A DNA stretch of 64,000 bases from Octopus sinensis (GCF_006345805.1 NC_043014.1:55242001-55306000); one strand, 5' to 3'. Positions 51,318 to 62,971 are shown, counted from the first letter of the stretch. Notes: generated by a model from the letters alone, not told the origin. Made by a program: numbers and translations.

Positions 51318-52695
51318 GTAAGTATCCAGTTGGGGATTATATTTCGAAATTCCTTGTTGTTACTTTGTTTTTATTTGTATTTTTTTTTATGTTTTAATCG
51401 GGAGCAGAAGGAGCAACATCCCTGACCCCGCCTTTTTTGCAGGACCTACCAGGCTGATGGGAATAACAGAGAAGATGAAAACATGGTTTCTGGATTGCTG
51501 TTGTAGGGAGCGGCATATTGTCAAGGTCTGGAGATTTTCTCAGGCCAGAGGCTTGGTCTGAATTCTTGTATCAAGAGGCCTTGTCTTGAATTCCTGCAGA
51601 GTGAACTTTGCTAAAAATGCCCATTGGTCAGGTGGTAGTGTTCAACTAGGTAATAGATTAAGTGTACCACCCAAGGGGCTTCAATACAGTTTTCACCTCC
51701 AAACTTCCATTTGGTTGACTTGAGAAAGGTTGTATGGAAATTTGTTTTGCAAATGTGTGGTTCTTAGTTTGGTTCCACAGAATGGCACTTTAGGCAAGTA
51801 TTTTCCATCATAGCCACAGATTTGGAGTGGATTTGGGCAGATAACTTAACTGGCAGTCTGTCAGTTACGGTGACGAGGGTTCTAGTGGAACAGCCTGCTC
51901 ATGAGACTAACATGCAAGTGGTTGAGCACTCCACAGACATACATACCAATTATGCAGTTCTCAGGGAGATTCAGTGTGACAAAATGTGAGAAGGCAAGGC
52001 TTTTGAATTCCAGGTACAACTCATTTTTGCCAGCTGAGTGGAATGGAGTAAAGTGAAATAAAGTATGTTGCTCAAGGGACACAGTGTACTGCTGGGAATT
52101 GAACTTATGGTTGTGATGTGATTACCCTAACCACTAAGCCATATATCTTCTAATCTGGGTAGATAGAACATCATCATCATTTAACGTCCGCTTTCCATGC
52201 TGGCATGGGTTGGACGGTTTGACTGAGGACTGGTGAGCCAGATGGCTGCACCAGGCTCCAATCTGATCTGGCAAAGTTTCTATAGCTGAATGCCCTTCCT
52301 AACCCCAACCACTCTTTGAGTGTAGTGGGTGCTTTTATGTGTCACCGAGGCACAAGGCCAGTCAGGTGGTACTGGCAATGACCTTGCTCAAAAGGTGTTT
52401 TTTATGTGCCATCTGCATGGAAGCCAGTCTGGCAGCACTGGTAACAACCACGCTTGAATGTGGTTTTCATGTGTGAGTAAGGTAATGCTTGTAGCAATCA
52501 CACTCGAATGGTGCTTTTTAGGTGTCACCGGCATGGGAGCCAATCAGCGACCCTGGCAGCAATCACACTCGAATGGTGCTTTTTAGGTGTCACCGGCAAG
52601 GGGGAGCCAGTCAGCGACCTTGGCAATGATCACGCTGTATGTCTATTATTCAAGAGGGCAGTTTAGTCTCACAAATTTTTCTCCTTTCATTGCAG

Positions 52696-52854
52696 GTAAT
52701 TCTGATGTCTGCCACTTTGGATTCAGAAATGTTTGCCAATTACTTTGCCCTTCCAGTCCGCAACACCTTGGACCCTGCCCCAATAATCACAATTGACGGC
52801 AGTTTCTTTAGCGTGTCTGAATACTACGTTGAGGATTTGGTTCCATTGGGAACT
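52696..52854 (+). CDS. TDRD9: TDRD9 exon 7 (motif III, SAT)
   Basis: VILMSATLDSEMFANYFALPV...EYYVEDLVPLGT. Boundaries gcag| and |gtaagt. Confidence 0.95.
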
Positions 52855-52981
52855 GTAAGTACTCTTTTTCAATCTTTTCATTTGACATAAAATGCTTGAC
52901 AATCTTTTAATCTGTTTTTGGTTTCTTAATTCCTCCGAATATAGGATGATGATGATGTTGATTTTGTTTATATCCAAGTTG

Positions 52982-53212
52982 GGCGGCGAGCTGGCAGAAA
53001 CGTTAGCATGCCGGGCGAAATGCGTAGCCGTATTTCGTCTGCCGTTACGTTCTGAGTTCAAATTCCGCCGAGGTCGACTTTGCCTTTCATCCTTTCGGGG
53101 TCGATAAATAAAGTACCAGTTACGCACTGGGGTCGATGTAATCGACTTAATCCCTTTGTCTGTCCTTGTTTGTCCCCTCTATGTTTAGCCCCTTGTGGGC
53201 AGTAAAGAAATA
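52982..53212 (+). mobile_element. Family-B SINE, full length with TSD
   Basis: Flanked by the direct repeat TATATCCAAGTTG(GG) at 52969 and 53213. Confidence 0.92.
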
Positions 53213-54064
53213 TATATCCAAGTTGGGCCTGATTGAGCAGACTTATGATGAAAAACAATCCAGCTTTGACTCTCCTGTCTTTTTAATATATCCAGTGCTA
53301 CATTATTCATTTCAACCCAGCCCCACCCTAGTTAACCCTAACCCTGGTTACTCCTGTTCTCTTTCCTATAATGTGAGTTGTCGTGTAATTCCTCTACAGC
53401 AAAAGGCCCCGTTATGCTCCCTTCTTTTATACTTTAACCCCTCATCCGTTAGTATAAAGTTGCCCCACACAGTCTTGCAAGCTACATGGCAACTTCACTG
53501 GTGCCCTGAAAAAAACAGCACTCAACACATGATATAGAGTGGTTGACATTAGGAAGGGTGGTGGCCCCCTATGGAAGCAGGCAAGGGGAAATGTAAACAT
53601 TGTTGTTCTTGAGCTTGTTGATGATGGTGATACAAGCTGGAGTTGGGTGCTGCAAATCCAATCATCATCATCATCATCGTTTAACATCCGCTTTCCATGC
53701 TAGCATGGGTTGGACGATTTGACTGAGGACTAGCAAACCAGATGGCTCCACCAGGCTCCAATCTTGATCTGGCAGAGTTTCTTCAGCTGGATGCCCTTCC
53801 TAATGATATTCATAATTAAAGAAAATCAAAGGAAACTTGAAGAAAGGAGGTGTGAGGGGAGATCTGAGAATGTCTGGTGCTAGACATGAGACAAAAGGAG
53901 GTATTCTGATTTGCTAACCTGTCCAATTCTATGCTGCTTTGGGGCAGATTGATGCTAAAATGATAAAAATGATGTGAAGATGATGATGATGGTTATGTTT
54001 TGTTAATGAGTTTGTGACTGTATTAATATCCAAGTGTTGTTACAAGTTTATTTATTTTTCTTAG

Positions 54065-54168
54065 ATATCACAACTTGATCCCGACAACCCACACATTACC
54101 ACTGAGTCTCAGCAATTAGCTGTCAACTTAATTCAACACTTTGACACATTTGAAACCAAGGAACAAGG
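54065..54168 (+). CDS. TDRD9: TDRD9 exon 8
   Basis: ISQLDPDNPHITTESQQLAVNLIQHFDTFETKEQ(G). Boundaries ttag| and |gtaagt, phase 0-2. Confidence 0.9.
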
Positions 54169-55479
54169 GTAAGTTACAGTCAAAACCCGATTCCGGGAAT
54201 CTTCGCTTCAGATAAGCAATTTTGCCAAACATTGGCTAAATGCACGTGGAATTTAGTTACAGTACTTTGTGTTCTTGTGTTGAAATCCACCTGATGTTGT
54301 CTTTTGCCTTTCATCTTCATGGGGTTGATAAAAATAGTACCATATATTCCGATATACAAATGCCACTGGCACTAGTTGTGATACCAGTGCCGGTGGCATG
54401 TAAGAGAATCATCTGAACGTGGCCGTTGCCAGCGCTGCCCCGATTGGCCTCCGTGCCGGTGGCACATAAAAAACACCAACCGATCATGGCCGCTGCCAGC
54501 CTCCCCTGACATGTAAAAAGCACCCACTACGGAGTGGTTGGTGTTAGGAAGGGCATCCAGCTGTAGAAACACTGCCAGATAAGACTGGAGCCTGGTGCAG
54601 CCTCCTGGCTTCCCAGACCCCAGTTGAACCATCCAACCCATGCTAGCATGGAAAGCGGACGTTAAACGATGATGATGATGATGATGAAGTTGAATTTTCA
54701 GACCAAGATTTACAATCAAAAAACGGTAGGTTGACTTATATCCCAAAATGGTTTTGGAAGATGAAAAATTCCATGTGAAATGCAACAGGATTTAGGAAGA
54801 TGGTGATGTTGCTTGAAGGCTTACACTATATACTCTGTTCACTTGTATGCCGGGAAATAGGGTTACCATCAAGTTCATTAATTTGTTACTTTTTCTGTAC
54901 TAGAATAGATTAGATGGGGAGTTCTTTGAAGCAGGAATTTATAGATTGATGAGATTCCTGTTGCTAATTTGCACCTGTTTTTGTTTCTTTTTTAAGTAAG
55001 GAATTTTTATATTTTACAAGTTTTCAAAAGTGCAGAGTGACTGATTGTAATGTCACATCAGAAATGGATCAACATCACCCATGCTGGTGGCATGTAAAAG
55101 CACCCATTACACTCTCAGAGTGGTTGGCGTTAGGAAGGACATCAGCCATAGAAAACCATACCAAATCAGACTGGAATCTGGTGCAGCCTTCCAGCGTGCA
55201 AGCATTGATCAAATAGTCCAACCCATGCCAGCATGGACAACGAATGTTAAATTATGATGATATATAGAGTGTTTGAAGTGGTGTATATTGAGAAGTAGGC
55301 AGTCAGAATTTTGGATAATTCTTTATTAGCGCTTTCGTTTGTTTAACCAAACTCTTCACGACAAAAATTAAAACCAAATTAAAACCATTTTGATTTTAAT
55401 TTTTGTCTTAAAGAGTTCAGTTAAACAAACGAAAGCACTAATAAAGAATTGTCCAAAATTCTGACTGCCTCCTTTTTCT

Positions 55480-55518
<39 letters not shown>

Positions 55519-55537
55519 CTTTGGTTGAATACCTTAA

Positions 55538-55734
55538 TCCTTTAGCGTTCTGGTTTCTCTGTCAAATGCTTGTTTATTCACATTGTTATCTCATATCTTC
55601 AAAGTTTTGGTGAGGTGAATATATATTTCTAGAATGATATTGTTGGGTATGTGTGAGAGGCTGGATCTGGCCAGTTTCAACCTAGAACACATAGACTATT
55701 TGGGCCTGATATGGCTGGATTAAATGCAAAAGGG
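55538..55734. mobile_element. piggyBac-like MITE just upstream of the exon 9 acceptor
   Basis: TTAA|TCCTTTAGC...GCAAAAGGG|TTAA, antiparallel relative of 15302-15512. Confidence 0.7.
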
Positions 55735-55769
55735 TTAAATAACTATTTTAATTTTTTTTTTTTTTTTAG

Positions 55770-55828
55770 AAATGATCCTCATTCTGGACAGCAGCCTATT
55801 TGTGGAAGTGTCCTGGTTTTCTTGCCAG
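55770..55828 (+). CDS. TDRD9: TDRD9 exon 9 (motif IV)
   Basis: NDPHSGQQPICGSVLVFLP(G). Poly-T acceptor, donor |gtaagc, phase 2-1. Confidence 0.92.
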
Positions 55829-55996
55829 GTAAGCATTGAAACCATCATCATCATCACCACAGTCACAGCGCCACTCCCAAAACCATCATCATAACCACAA
55901 TCCTCACCATCACCTTCTCTCATGACACAAACTCTATACTTCACGTGATGAAGAATTGGCAGCAGCAGCAGCCAATTCTTTCTCTTGCTTCCCTTT

Positions 55997-56035
<39 letters not shown>

Positions 56036-56314
56036 AGAAATACTAAATTTCTAAATCTCTTGTAGAGACATGTACGGTGGTGGGGCGATAGAATGGTTGT
56101 ATACTGTCAATCTAACACGAACGTGACAGTAGGGAGGTACACCACCGCTGTATAGCCCTAGGAAGCATCGACGCCTCCTGATGGCTTTGACACATTTTTC
56201 CCTGTGTCCTTATATACATTTACGAAGGGGAGACAAACACCCCTGGCCGCTGGAGCTGCATCTAGGGACACGTGTTTCAGGATCATTGTCCTTCATATAT
56301 ATATATATATATAT

Positions 56315-56840
56315 AGCAATAATAAATCTCTAAACGAGATGTAAACAGTAACTGCTCGACAACGTAAAGTATACTAGCCATCTCAATATGGCTAACCACT
56401 AAGGGTGGGTGTTCCTGTAGCTTTTAGCCCCAGGAGATCATCGTCTCCAGCTGGCTTTAGGCACATTTTCTGTGCTCTTATGGTATTTGCAAAGGGAGGT
56501 CATCCCTCTCTCGTAAACCTAAGTGACACGCACGGACTGCAGTTTCAAGGTATTTGCCTCTTGTCAACGTACGGCAATCACCGGTTTTCGGTGAAGGGAG
56601 ACCTGTTTGCAAATATCTATTCCGTCACTGATTTCGAAAAACTGTCTGCAACTGTAGCCATCTCAACTGTCTTGAGATGGCTAGTATACTTTATGTTGTC
56701 GAGCGGTTACTGTTTACATCTTGTTCAGAGATTTATTATTGCTGATATTAAGTCAAAGCTTTATTTTATTATTGCAGACAGTTTTTCGAAATCAGTGACG
56801 GAAGTTACTGGGAAAAACATTAAATAGATATTTGCAAACA
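56315..56840. repeat. Interleaved inverted repeats with a central hairpin
   Basis: A 56315-386 / A' 56672-743; B 56604-651 / B' 56772-840. Confidence 0.9.
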
Positions 56841-57297
56841 GTTCAATTCCAGGCAGTAACCTGAATAATAATAATAAAAATAATAATCTGTTGTATCTGG
56901 GAAGAGTCATTTTCTTTTTGTGCCTTATAATGTAATACACTCACTGGTAAAATTTCCACTTATTTCTTATTTATATTTTCCTAAAATTTTCATTGCATCT
57001 TGCAACTTTTTCAATAGCCAAGACTACTGAGAAAGGGTTACAAATTCAGCCCTTAACTCTCCATGTTCAACCTTTATCTTTCCTTTCCCTAGGGACAATA
57101 AAATTACTTGTGTTGTCTCATTTATCTACACATCTGCTTCTATAATCAAATTAATCTTGAGCCTAGTTAAATTGCCTTTGAAAAAATAAAGTTCCAAAGG
57201 CAATTTCCTTTATCCTTAATTCTTCATTTTAAGAAATTTTGATGCAAAATAAAAGACTGTTTTATAAGAAGTTTGGTTGGAACTTTTTGTTTTTTAG

Positions 57298-57354
57298 GGT
57301 TGGCTGACATTGACAAGCTCTATGACAAGCTAAGAACTCTGCCAGGTCAACACG
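57298..57354 (+). CDS. TDRD9: TDRD9 exon 10
   Basis: (G)LADIDKLYDKLRTLPGQH. Boundaries tttag| and |gtaagt, phase 1-1. The 3' phase does not fit exon 11 (see findings). Confidence 0.85.
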
Positions 57355-57731
57355 GTAAGTTGTCTCTTATTCATCTCTCACTTCAATCCTTTGGCATTCA
57401 GATTAATCTGTTAGAAGTAATCCTTATTTATTCACATCGTTTTTTAATTAATCATGCATTATTGTATAGTTTTGAGATTTCAATGATGTGACTGTTTATT
57501 TTTAGAATGACATTGTAGGTTAGGTGTGAAAGGCCAGATATGGCTGGCTTGACCATAAAACAGAATATTTTGGCCTGGTACGGCCAGTTTAAATGCTAAA
57601 GAGTTAAAACAATAAAAATTACGAATGAATGAACTGCCAGGATTTCTCTCTGTTTTATGGTTCCTTTCTTTGGTCAACCTCCATATCTCTGATATTGAGT
57701 CAAAGCTTTTTTTTTTCTGATTCTGATGCAG

Positions 57732-57816
57732 GTTGGTCGTTATACCCTTACATTCTTCAGTAACGATCGAAGAACAAAGTAAAGTGTTTCAGCCAACATC
57801 TCCTGGATATCGTAAG
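57732..57816 (+). CDS. TDRD9: TDRD9 exon 11
   Basis: LVVIPLHSSVTIEEQSKVFQPTSPGYRK. Boundaries gcag| and |gtaagt. Needs a phase-2 upstream junction. Confidence 0.92.
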
Positions 57817-58562
57817 GTAAGTAGTCTCATCCTCCTCCTCCTCCCCCTCCTCCCCCTCCTCCTCCTCCCATCCTCTTCTTCCTCTTCCTCCTCTTCCTCT
57901 TCTTCTTCTTCCTCTTCTTCTTCCTACTCTTCCTCCTCCTCTTCTTCTTCTTCCTCCTCTTCCTCCTCCACCACCACCCTCCTCCCACCCCCTCCATTTA
58001 ACTTCCGCTTTTCCATGCTTGTATGGCTTGGATCCAATCCGTTGATGTGGATTCTCTTTGGCAGGATGTCCTTGCTGTCACCAACATTTGCCTGTTTCCA
58101 AGCAAGTTAATGTTTCCCACATGGCCAGACATTTTTTTCACAGGTGACCAGTAATGAACAACCTCGCTTATATGAAGGTGATGCTCATTTACAACTGTCA
58201 GGTGATGTCAAGACAAGGACACACACACACACACACACACACATGCGATGGACTTCTTTTATTTTCCATCTACCAAATCCACCCACATGGCTTTGGTGAG
58301 CGTGAGGCTTATAGTAGAAGACTTTTGCCCAAGGTGCCATGTAAAGGGATTGAAACCAGAACCATGGGGGTCAGGAAACAAGCTTCTTAGCACACAGCCA
58401 CTTCTCTTAACCATTTGTTCCAATAGTTGGGAAATTTCCAAAAACCCCATAAAAAAATAAAAAAAATAAAATAAAACTAAATTGGTTGTGACGTTAAGTT
58501 CCAGAATGTTCCTCCTGTTTATATAAAGAATCTAATTGCTTTGTTTTCTTTTCTTTCATGAG

Positions 58563-58620
58563 GTTATCCTGTCTACGAATATTGCTGAAAGTTCCATCAC
58601 AGTGCCTGACATTAAATATG
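58563..58620 (+). CDS. TDRD9: TDRD9 exon 12 (motif V)
   Basis: VILSTNIAESSITVPDIKY. GAG acceptor, donor |gtaagt, phase 0-1. Confidence 0.95.
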
Positions 58621-59211
58621 GTAAGTAATTCCAGACCCTAACTCGAAGAAGTAGGAAATTGTAAATCATTACTCTGAGGATTTCTCTGTTAATAGTCACA
58701 GAACTGGTTTGGTTTCATGGTTTGTACATTTGCAACCCTAGTCCAGGGATTCTCTTGAGGGCAGGAGGAACTTTGGTCTTCTAACCTGCCTTCGTTTCAA
58801 CAGATGAGCTGGAATCAAGTTCTTGCCTGGCAAATACAAGTTTTTTGGTAAAGTTTCCAGGAGACAATTCTGGATGAATCTCACAGCGTTTACTTCTATT
58901 TCTATTGTTACTAAGGTTCTAAACTTGCTTAGCCTATCAATACTTCTGTGATTCCACATCATTAAAGTGGACAATTTTGTCCATGGGCTTGATTCAATGA
59001 AGAAACCGAAAAAAATAAAGAGTTGTTTCCCTTAGAATCTGATGCCTTTAACAGTTATGTCCCTTGTGTTTTATTCTAGTCTTTTCATCTAAGTCAATCG
59101 CCACGTCGAAGTGGTTGTTCCATGTTACTACTAGTTTAACCCCAGGCAGATCTTCCACCAGCTGGTCACTGGCTGGAGCAGACCCTGGTCATCGCTCTGG
59201 TAACCAGGTGT

Positions 59212-59260
59212 TCGCGACTGAGGATGAACTAACAAGCTCGAAACGGAGTCAGTCGCGCGA
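59212..59260 (+). ncRNA. Hammerhead-like motif (core intact, stem I out of register)
   Basis: CTGAGGA-T-GAAC(TAACAA)GCTC-GAAAC-GGA-GTC. Confidence 0.4.
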
Positions 59261-59447
59261 TCCTGTTGTCTGCTAGACCAGTGATTCTATCCGATGTGGA
59301 ATACCGACAGTTTTTTAAAAAATTCCACTGCACCAGGGACTGGTAATATTTCTTAGTAATATTAATTTATACCGGAAGCAATATATATAATGAATATAAT
59401 TAAAGTTGATAATTTTTTTACTCTTATATTTATTTTTTAAACAAATA

Positions 59448-59620
59448 GGTGTAGGAGTGGCTGTGTGGTAAGTAGCTTGCTTACGAACCACATGGTTCCG
59501 GGTTCAGTCCCACTGCATGGCAGCTTGGGCAAGTGTCTTCTACTATAGCATCGGGCCGACCAAAGCCTTGTGAGTGGTTTTGGTAGACGGAAACTGAAAG
59601 AAGCCCATCGTAAATATGAA

Positions 59621-59657
<37 letters not shown>

Positions 59658-59866
59658 GTTTGTGTGTCTGTGTTTGTCCCCCCCCAACATCATTTGACAA
59701 CCGATGCTGGTGTGTTTATGTCCCCGTAACTTAGCGGTTCGGCATAAGAGACTGATAGAATAAGTACTAGGCTTACAAAGAATAAGTCCTGGGGGTCGAT
59801 TTGCTTGATTAAAGGCGGTGCTCCAGCATGGTCACAGTCAAATGACTGAAACAAGTAAAAGAGTAA
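59448..59866 (+). mobile_element. Family-A SINE
   Basis: Head GTAGGAGTGGCTGTGTGG through the tail AAACAAGTAAAAGAGT. Confidence 0.88.
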
Positions 59867-60345
59867 ATAATACAATATTACATAAGCGTTTTATAATGTT
59901 CCTTTCTTTTCTGGAAACTCGCTGGGTACTGGCAGCTGATGGCTCATAGACCGGCACCGGTCCAACGACCACCACTTTGAGTAGCACTGTGCTAGAGGGT
60001 GGTAGGAGTTTGCTACCCCTGCTAGCAATAAATGTTGTATATACAGGGAGCAGCCTCACACCGATAACCAGCTGGTGGAAGATCTGCCTGGGGTTAAACT
60101 CGTAGTGACATGGAAGAGCCACTTTGATGTGGTGATTGACCTGACTTGTTAGTAGAGTTACTTCTCTGATCTCTTCTTGAGATTTTTTTACAACCAGCTA
60201 TTTTGCTTGTTTATGGGGTTTTTTTTTTTTTCCTTTGTAATGCATTTGATAAATACAGAGTGGACCAAAAGCCACGCACTAAAACCTTTTACAATACTAG
60301 TTTTAATCTTGGTGTTGACATTTGACTCACCCTGTATAATTGATG

Positions 60346-60377
<32 letters not shown>

Positions 60378-60403
60378 AATAATAGTTGTATTTATCTTTG
60401 CAG

Positions 60404-60508
60404 TTATCGATTTCTGTTTGACCAAGAATTTGATGTGTGATACTCAGACAAATTTCACCAGTTTACAAATGGATTGGGCATCAAAAGCCAACTGTATTCA
60501 ACGAAAAG
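60404..60508 (+). CDS. TDRD9: TDRD9 exon 13
   Basis: (V)IDFCLTKNLMCDTQTNFTSLQMDWASKANCIQRK(G). Boundaries gcag| and |gtaaag. Confidence 0.95.
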
Positions 60509-60767
60509 GTAAAGTAGTCGAAATTATTGTCTAACATTTGCTAGAATATCATAACACTGCTTTGACCATCAACCCATATATATATATTTCTTGCATCATA
60601 CGGTAATTGAGTGTCTCTTTCACTCTTTTAAGAAGTTAGTGCAAAAAAAAAGAGTCCCCCACCCACCTCCAATTAATGCCACTTTAAAAAGAAAAAAAAC
60701 AACATAAAAAAAATCAAGTGCTGATGATGATGATGATGCTGGTTTTTCATAGTTTATTTTTAGATTA

Positions 60768-61174
60768 CTCTTTACTCTTTTACTCTTTTACTTGTTTCAG
60801 TCATTTGACTGTGGCCATGCTGGAGCACCGCCTTTTTTAGTCGAGCAAATCGACCCCGGGACTTATTCTTTGTAAGCCCAGTACTTATTCTATCGGTCTC
60901 TTTTGCCGAACCGCTAAGTGACGGGGGCATAAACACACCAGCATCGGTTGTCAAGCAATGCTAGGGGGACAAACACAGACACACAAACACATATAAATAT
61001 TTACATATATACGACAGGCTTCTTTCAGTTTCCGTCTACCAAATCCACTCACAAGGCATTGGTCGGCCCGAGGCTATAGTAGAAGACACTTGCCAAGATG
61101 CCACGCAGTGAGACTGAACCTGGAACCATGTGGTTAGTTAGCAAGCTACTTACCACACAGCCACTCCTGCGCCT
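60768..61174 (-). mobile_element. Family-A SINE
   Basis: Near-consensus copy with an (ACTCTTT)n tail. Confidence 0.88.
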
Positions 61175-62010
61175 AATAAATTAGTTTTAATTTATTATAT
61201 TTTGGCACGTGAAAAAAACATTGGAGCGAGGTCTTTGCCAGTGCCACTGGACTGGCTCCTGTGCAGGGGGCCCATAAAAAGCACAATTTGAGCGTGGCCA
61301 TTGCCGGTGGCATGTAAAAGCACCCACTACACTCTCGGAGTGGTTGGCATTAGGAAGGGCATCCAGCTGTAGAAACTCTGCCAGGTCAGATTGGAGTCTG
61401 GTTCGCCAGACATCAGTCAAACTGTCCAACCCATGCCGGCATGGAAAGTGGATGTTAAACGATGATGATGATGATGATGAATGATGAATGTGGTTGGCGT
61501 TTGGTAGGGCACCCAACTGTAAAAACCATACCAAAACTGACCCCACCTGTGCTTATGCCACATTAAAAGCACTCAGTCCACTCTGCAGGGTTGTTAGTGT
61601 TAGGAAGGGCATCCAACCATAAAAACTGTGACAAAATAGACATAGGAGTCTGTTGCAGTCTTCTGTTTGGCCGGCTCCTGTCAAACCGTCCAACCCATGT
61701 CAGCATGGAAAGCAGACGTTAAACAATGACAATGATGACTGTATGCTTGAGTTTAGCAAGACCCCAGATATCTCAGTGCTTTGTCATCTCCTTTGTAAGG
61801 CTCAGCATCTCTCCTTATCCTACTCTCTAACTCCTTTCTTTTCCGACTGGAGTATCCAGGTATCTACTCTACACCAAAACACCTATATCTGTCCCCTCTC
61901 TACCTTTAATCTCTCAACTGGCACAAATGCCACACCCTTCTCCTCCTCTTTTAAATTCTTTTTATTAAAAAAAACCCCTAGTCAAAATTTGTCTCTTTTG
62001 TTTTCTATAG

Positions 62011-62108
62011 GCCGGGCAGGTCGTGTGTCCAATGGTCGTGTGTATCGTCTCATCACACGGTCGTTTTGGCACAACCATATTCCAGATTACAACACACCAG
62101 AAATGCAA
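62011..62108 (+). CDS. TDRD9: TDRD9 exon 14 (motif VI)
   Basis: (G)RAGRVSNGRVYRLITRSFWHNHIPDYNTPEMQ. Boundaries atag| and |gtaagt. Confidence 0.95.
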
Positions 62109-62209
62109 GTAAGTCACCAAGTCTTAAATTGATTGATGGTGTGTGTGTGTGGGGGGGGGGTGCAAGAGCAAATTTCATTGTTAAGGAGTTAATATAATTA
62201 TGTTGTTTG

Positions 62210-62685
62210 TTTGGAGTTTTAGCTTGAAAGGGAGGAGTTTTAGCTTAAATGGGAAGAGTTTTGTTTGAGTGGAGTTTTTGGGGGAGGAGTTTTAGCTTAA
62301 ATGGGAAGAGTTTTATTTGAGTGAAGTTGGGGAGGAGTTTTAGCTTAAATGGGAGGAGTTTTGTTTGAGTGAAGTTGGGGAGGAGTTTTAGCTTAAATGG
62401 GAGGAGTTTTGTTTGAGTGAAGTTGGGGAGGAGTTTTGTTTGAGTGAAGTTGGGGAGGAGTTTTGTTTGAGTGAGTTGGGGAGGAGTTTTGTTTGAGTGA
62501 AGTTGGGGAGGAGTTTTAGCTTAAATGGGAAGAGTTTTGTTTGAGTGAAGTTGGGGAGGAGTTTTAGCTTAAATGGGAGGAGTTTTGTTTGAGTGAAGTT
62601 AGGGAGGAGTTTTTGCTTAAATGGGAGTTTTGTTTGAGTGAAGTTGGGGGAGAAGTTTTGTTTGAGTGGAGTTGTTGGGGAGGGG
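62210..62685 (+). repeat. Composite G/T-rich minisatellite (21- and 27-bp subunits)
   Basis: GTTTTAGCTTAAATGGGAGGA and GTTTTGTTTGAGTGAAGTTGGGGAGGA in variable order. Confidence 0.9.
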
Positions 62686-62971
62686 CATTTATTTTTCACA
62701 GCTTGATACCATTCCTGCTGTTAACTTCTCATCTCTAAAATAGAAGTAGTAGCCTTTTGTCAGTCAGGTAGACTGGGTCTAAGAAAGCTGTATGACATGC
62801 TTAAAGGCATATCACAACTTAACAGAGCAGCTGTAACAAGATTCAAACTCCTGACCCTGTTCTTAGTAAGGTACCAATGCAACCCCTTCATCTTGCAGTC
62901 ATTGCATATAAACTTCCCCCCTCCCCCCCAATCTGTCTTGTCTAATTTTACTGACATAATTTCTTTTCCAG

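Noticed and set aside
49766-51425. 492- and 530-aa His/Pro/Thr-rich ORFs
   Set aside because: These are translations of a triplet microsatellite that lacks stops. They lie within TDRD9 intron 5 and overlap exon 6.
52982-53070. tRNA gene-like A/B boxes
   Set aside because: These are SINE heads continuing into conserved bodies with TSDs; no convincing cloverleaf is evident.
53330-53346. Telomere-like TAACCC repeats
   Set aside because: Only two units, which is expected by chance.
57506-57518. 13-nt microexon candidate (tttag|AATGACATTGTAG|gttagg) to fix the TDRD9 phase
   Set aside because: It would introduce an in-frame TGA, and it lies inside a MITE fragment.
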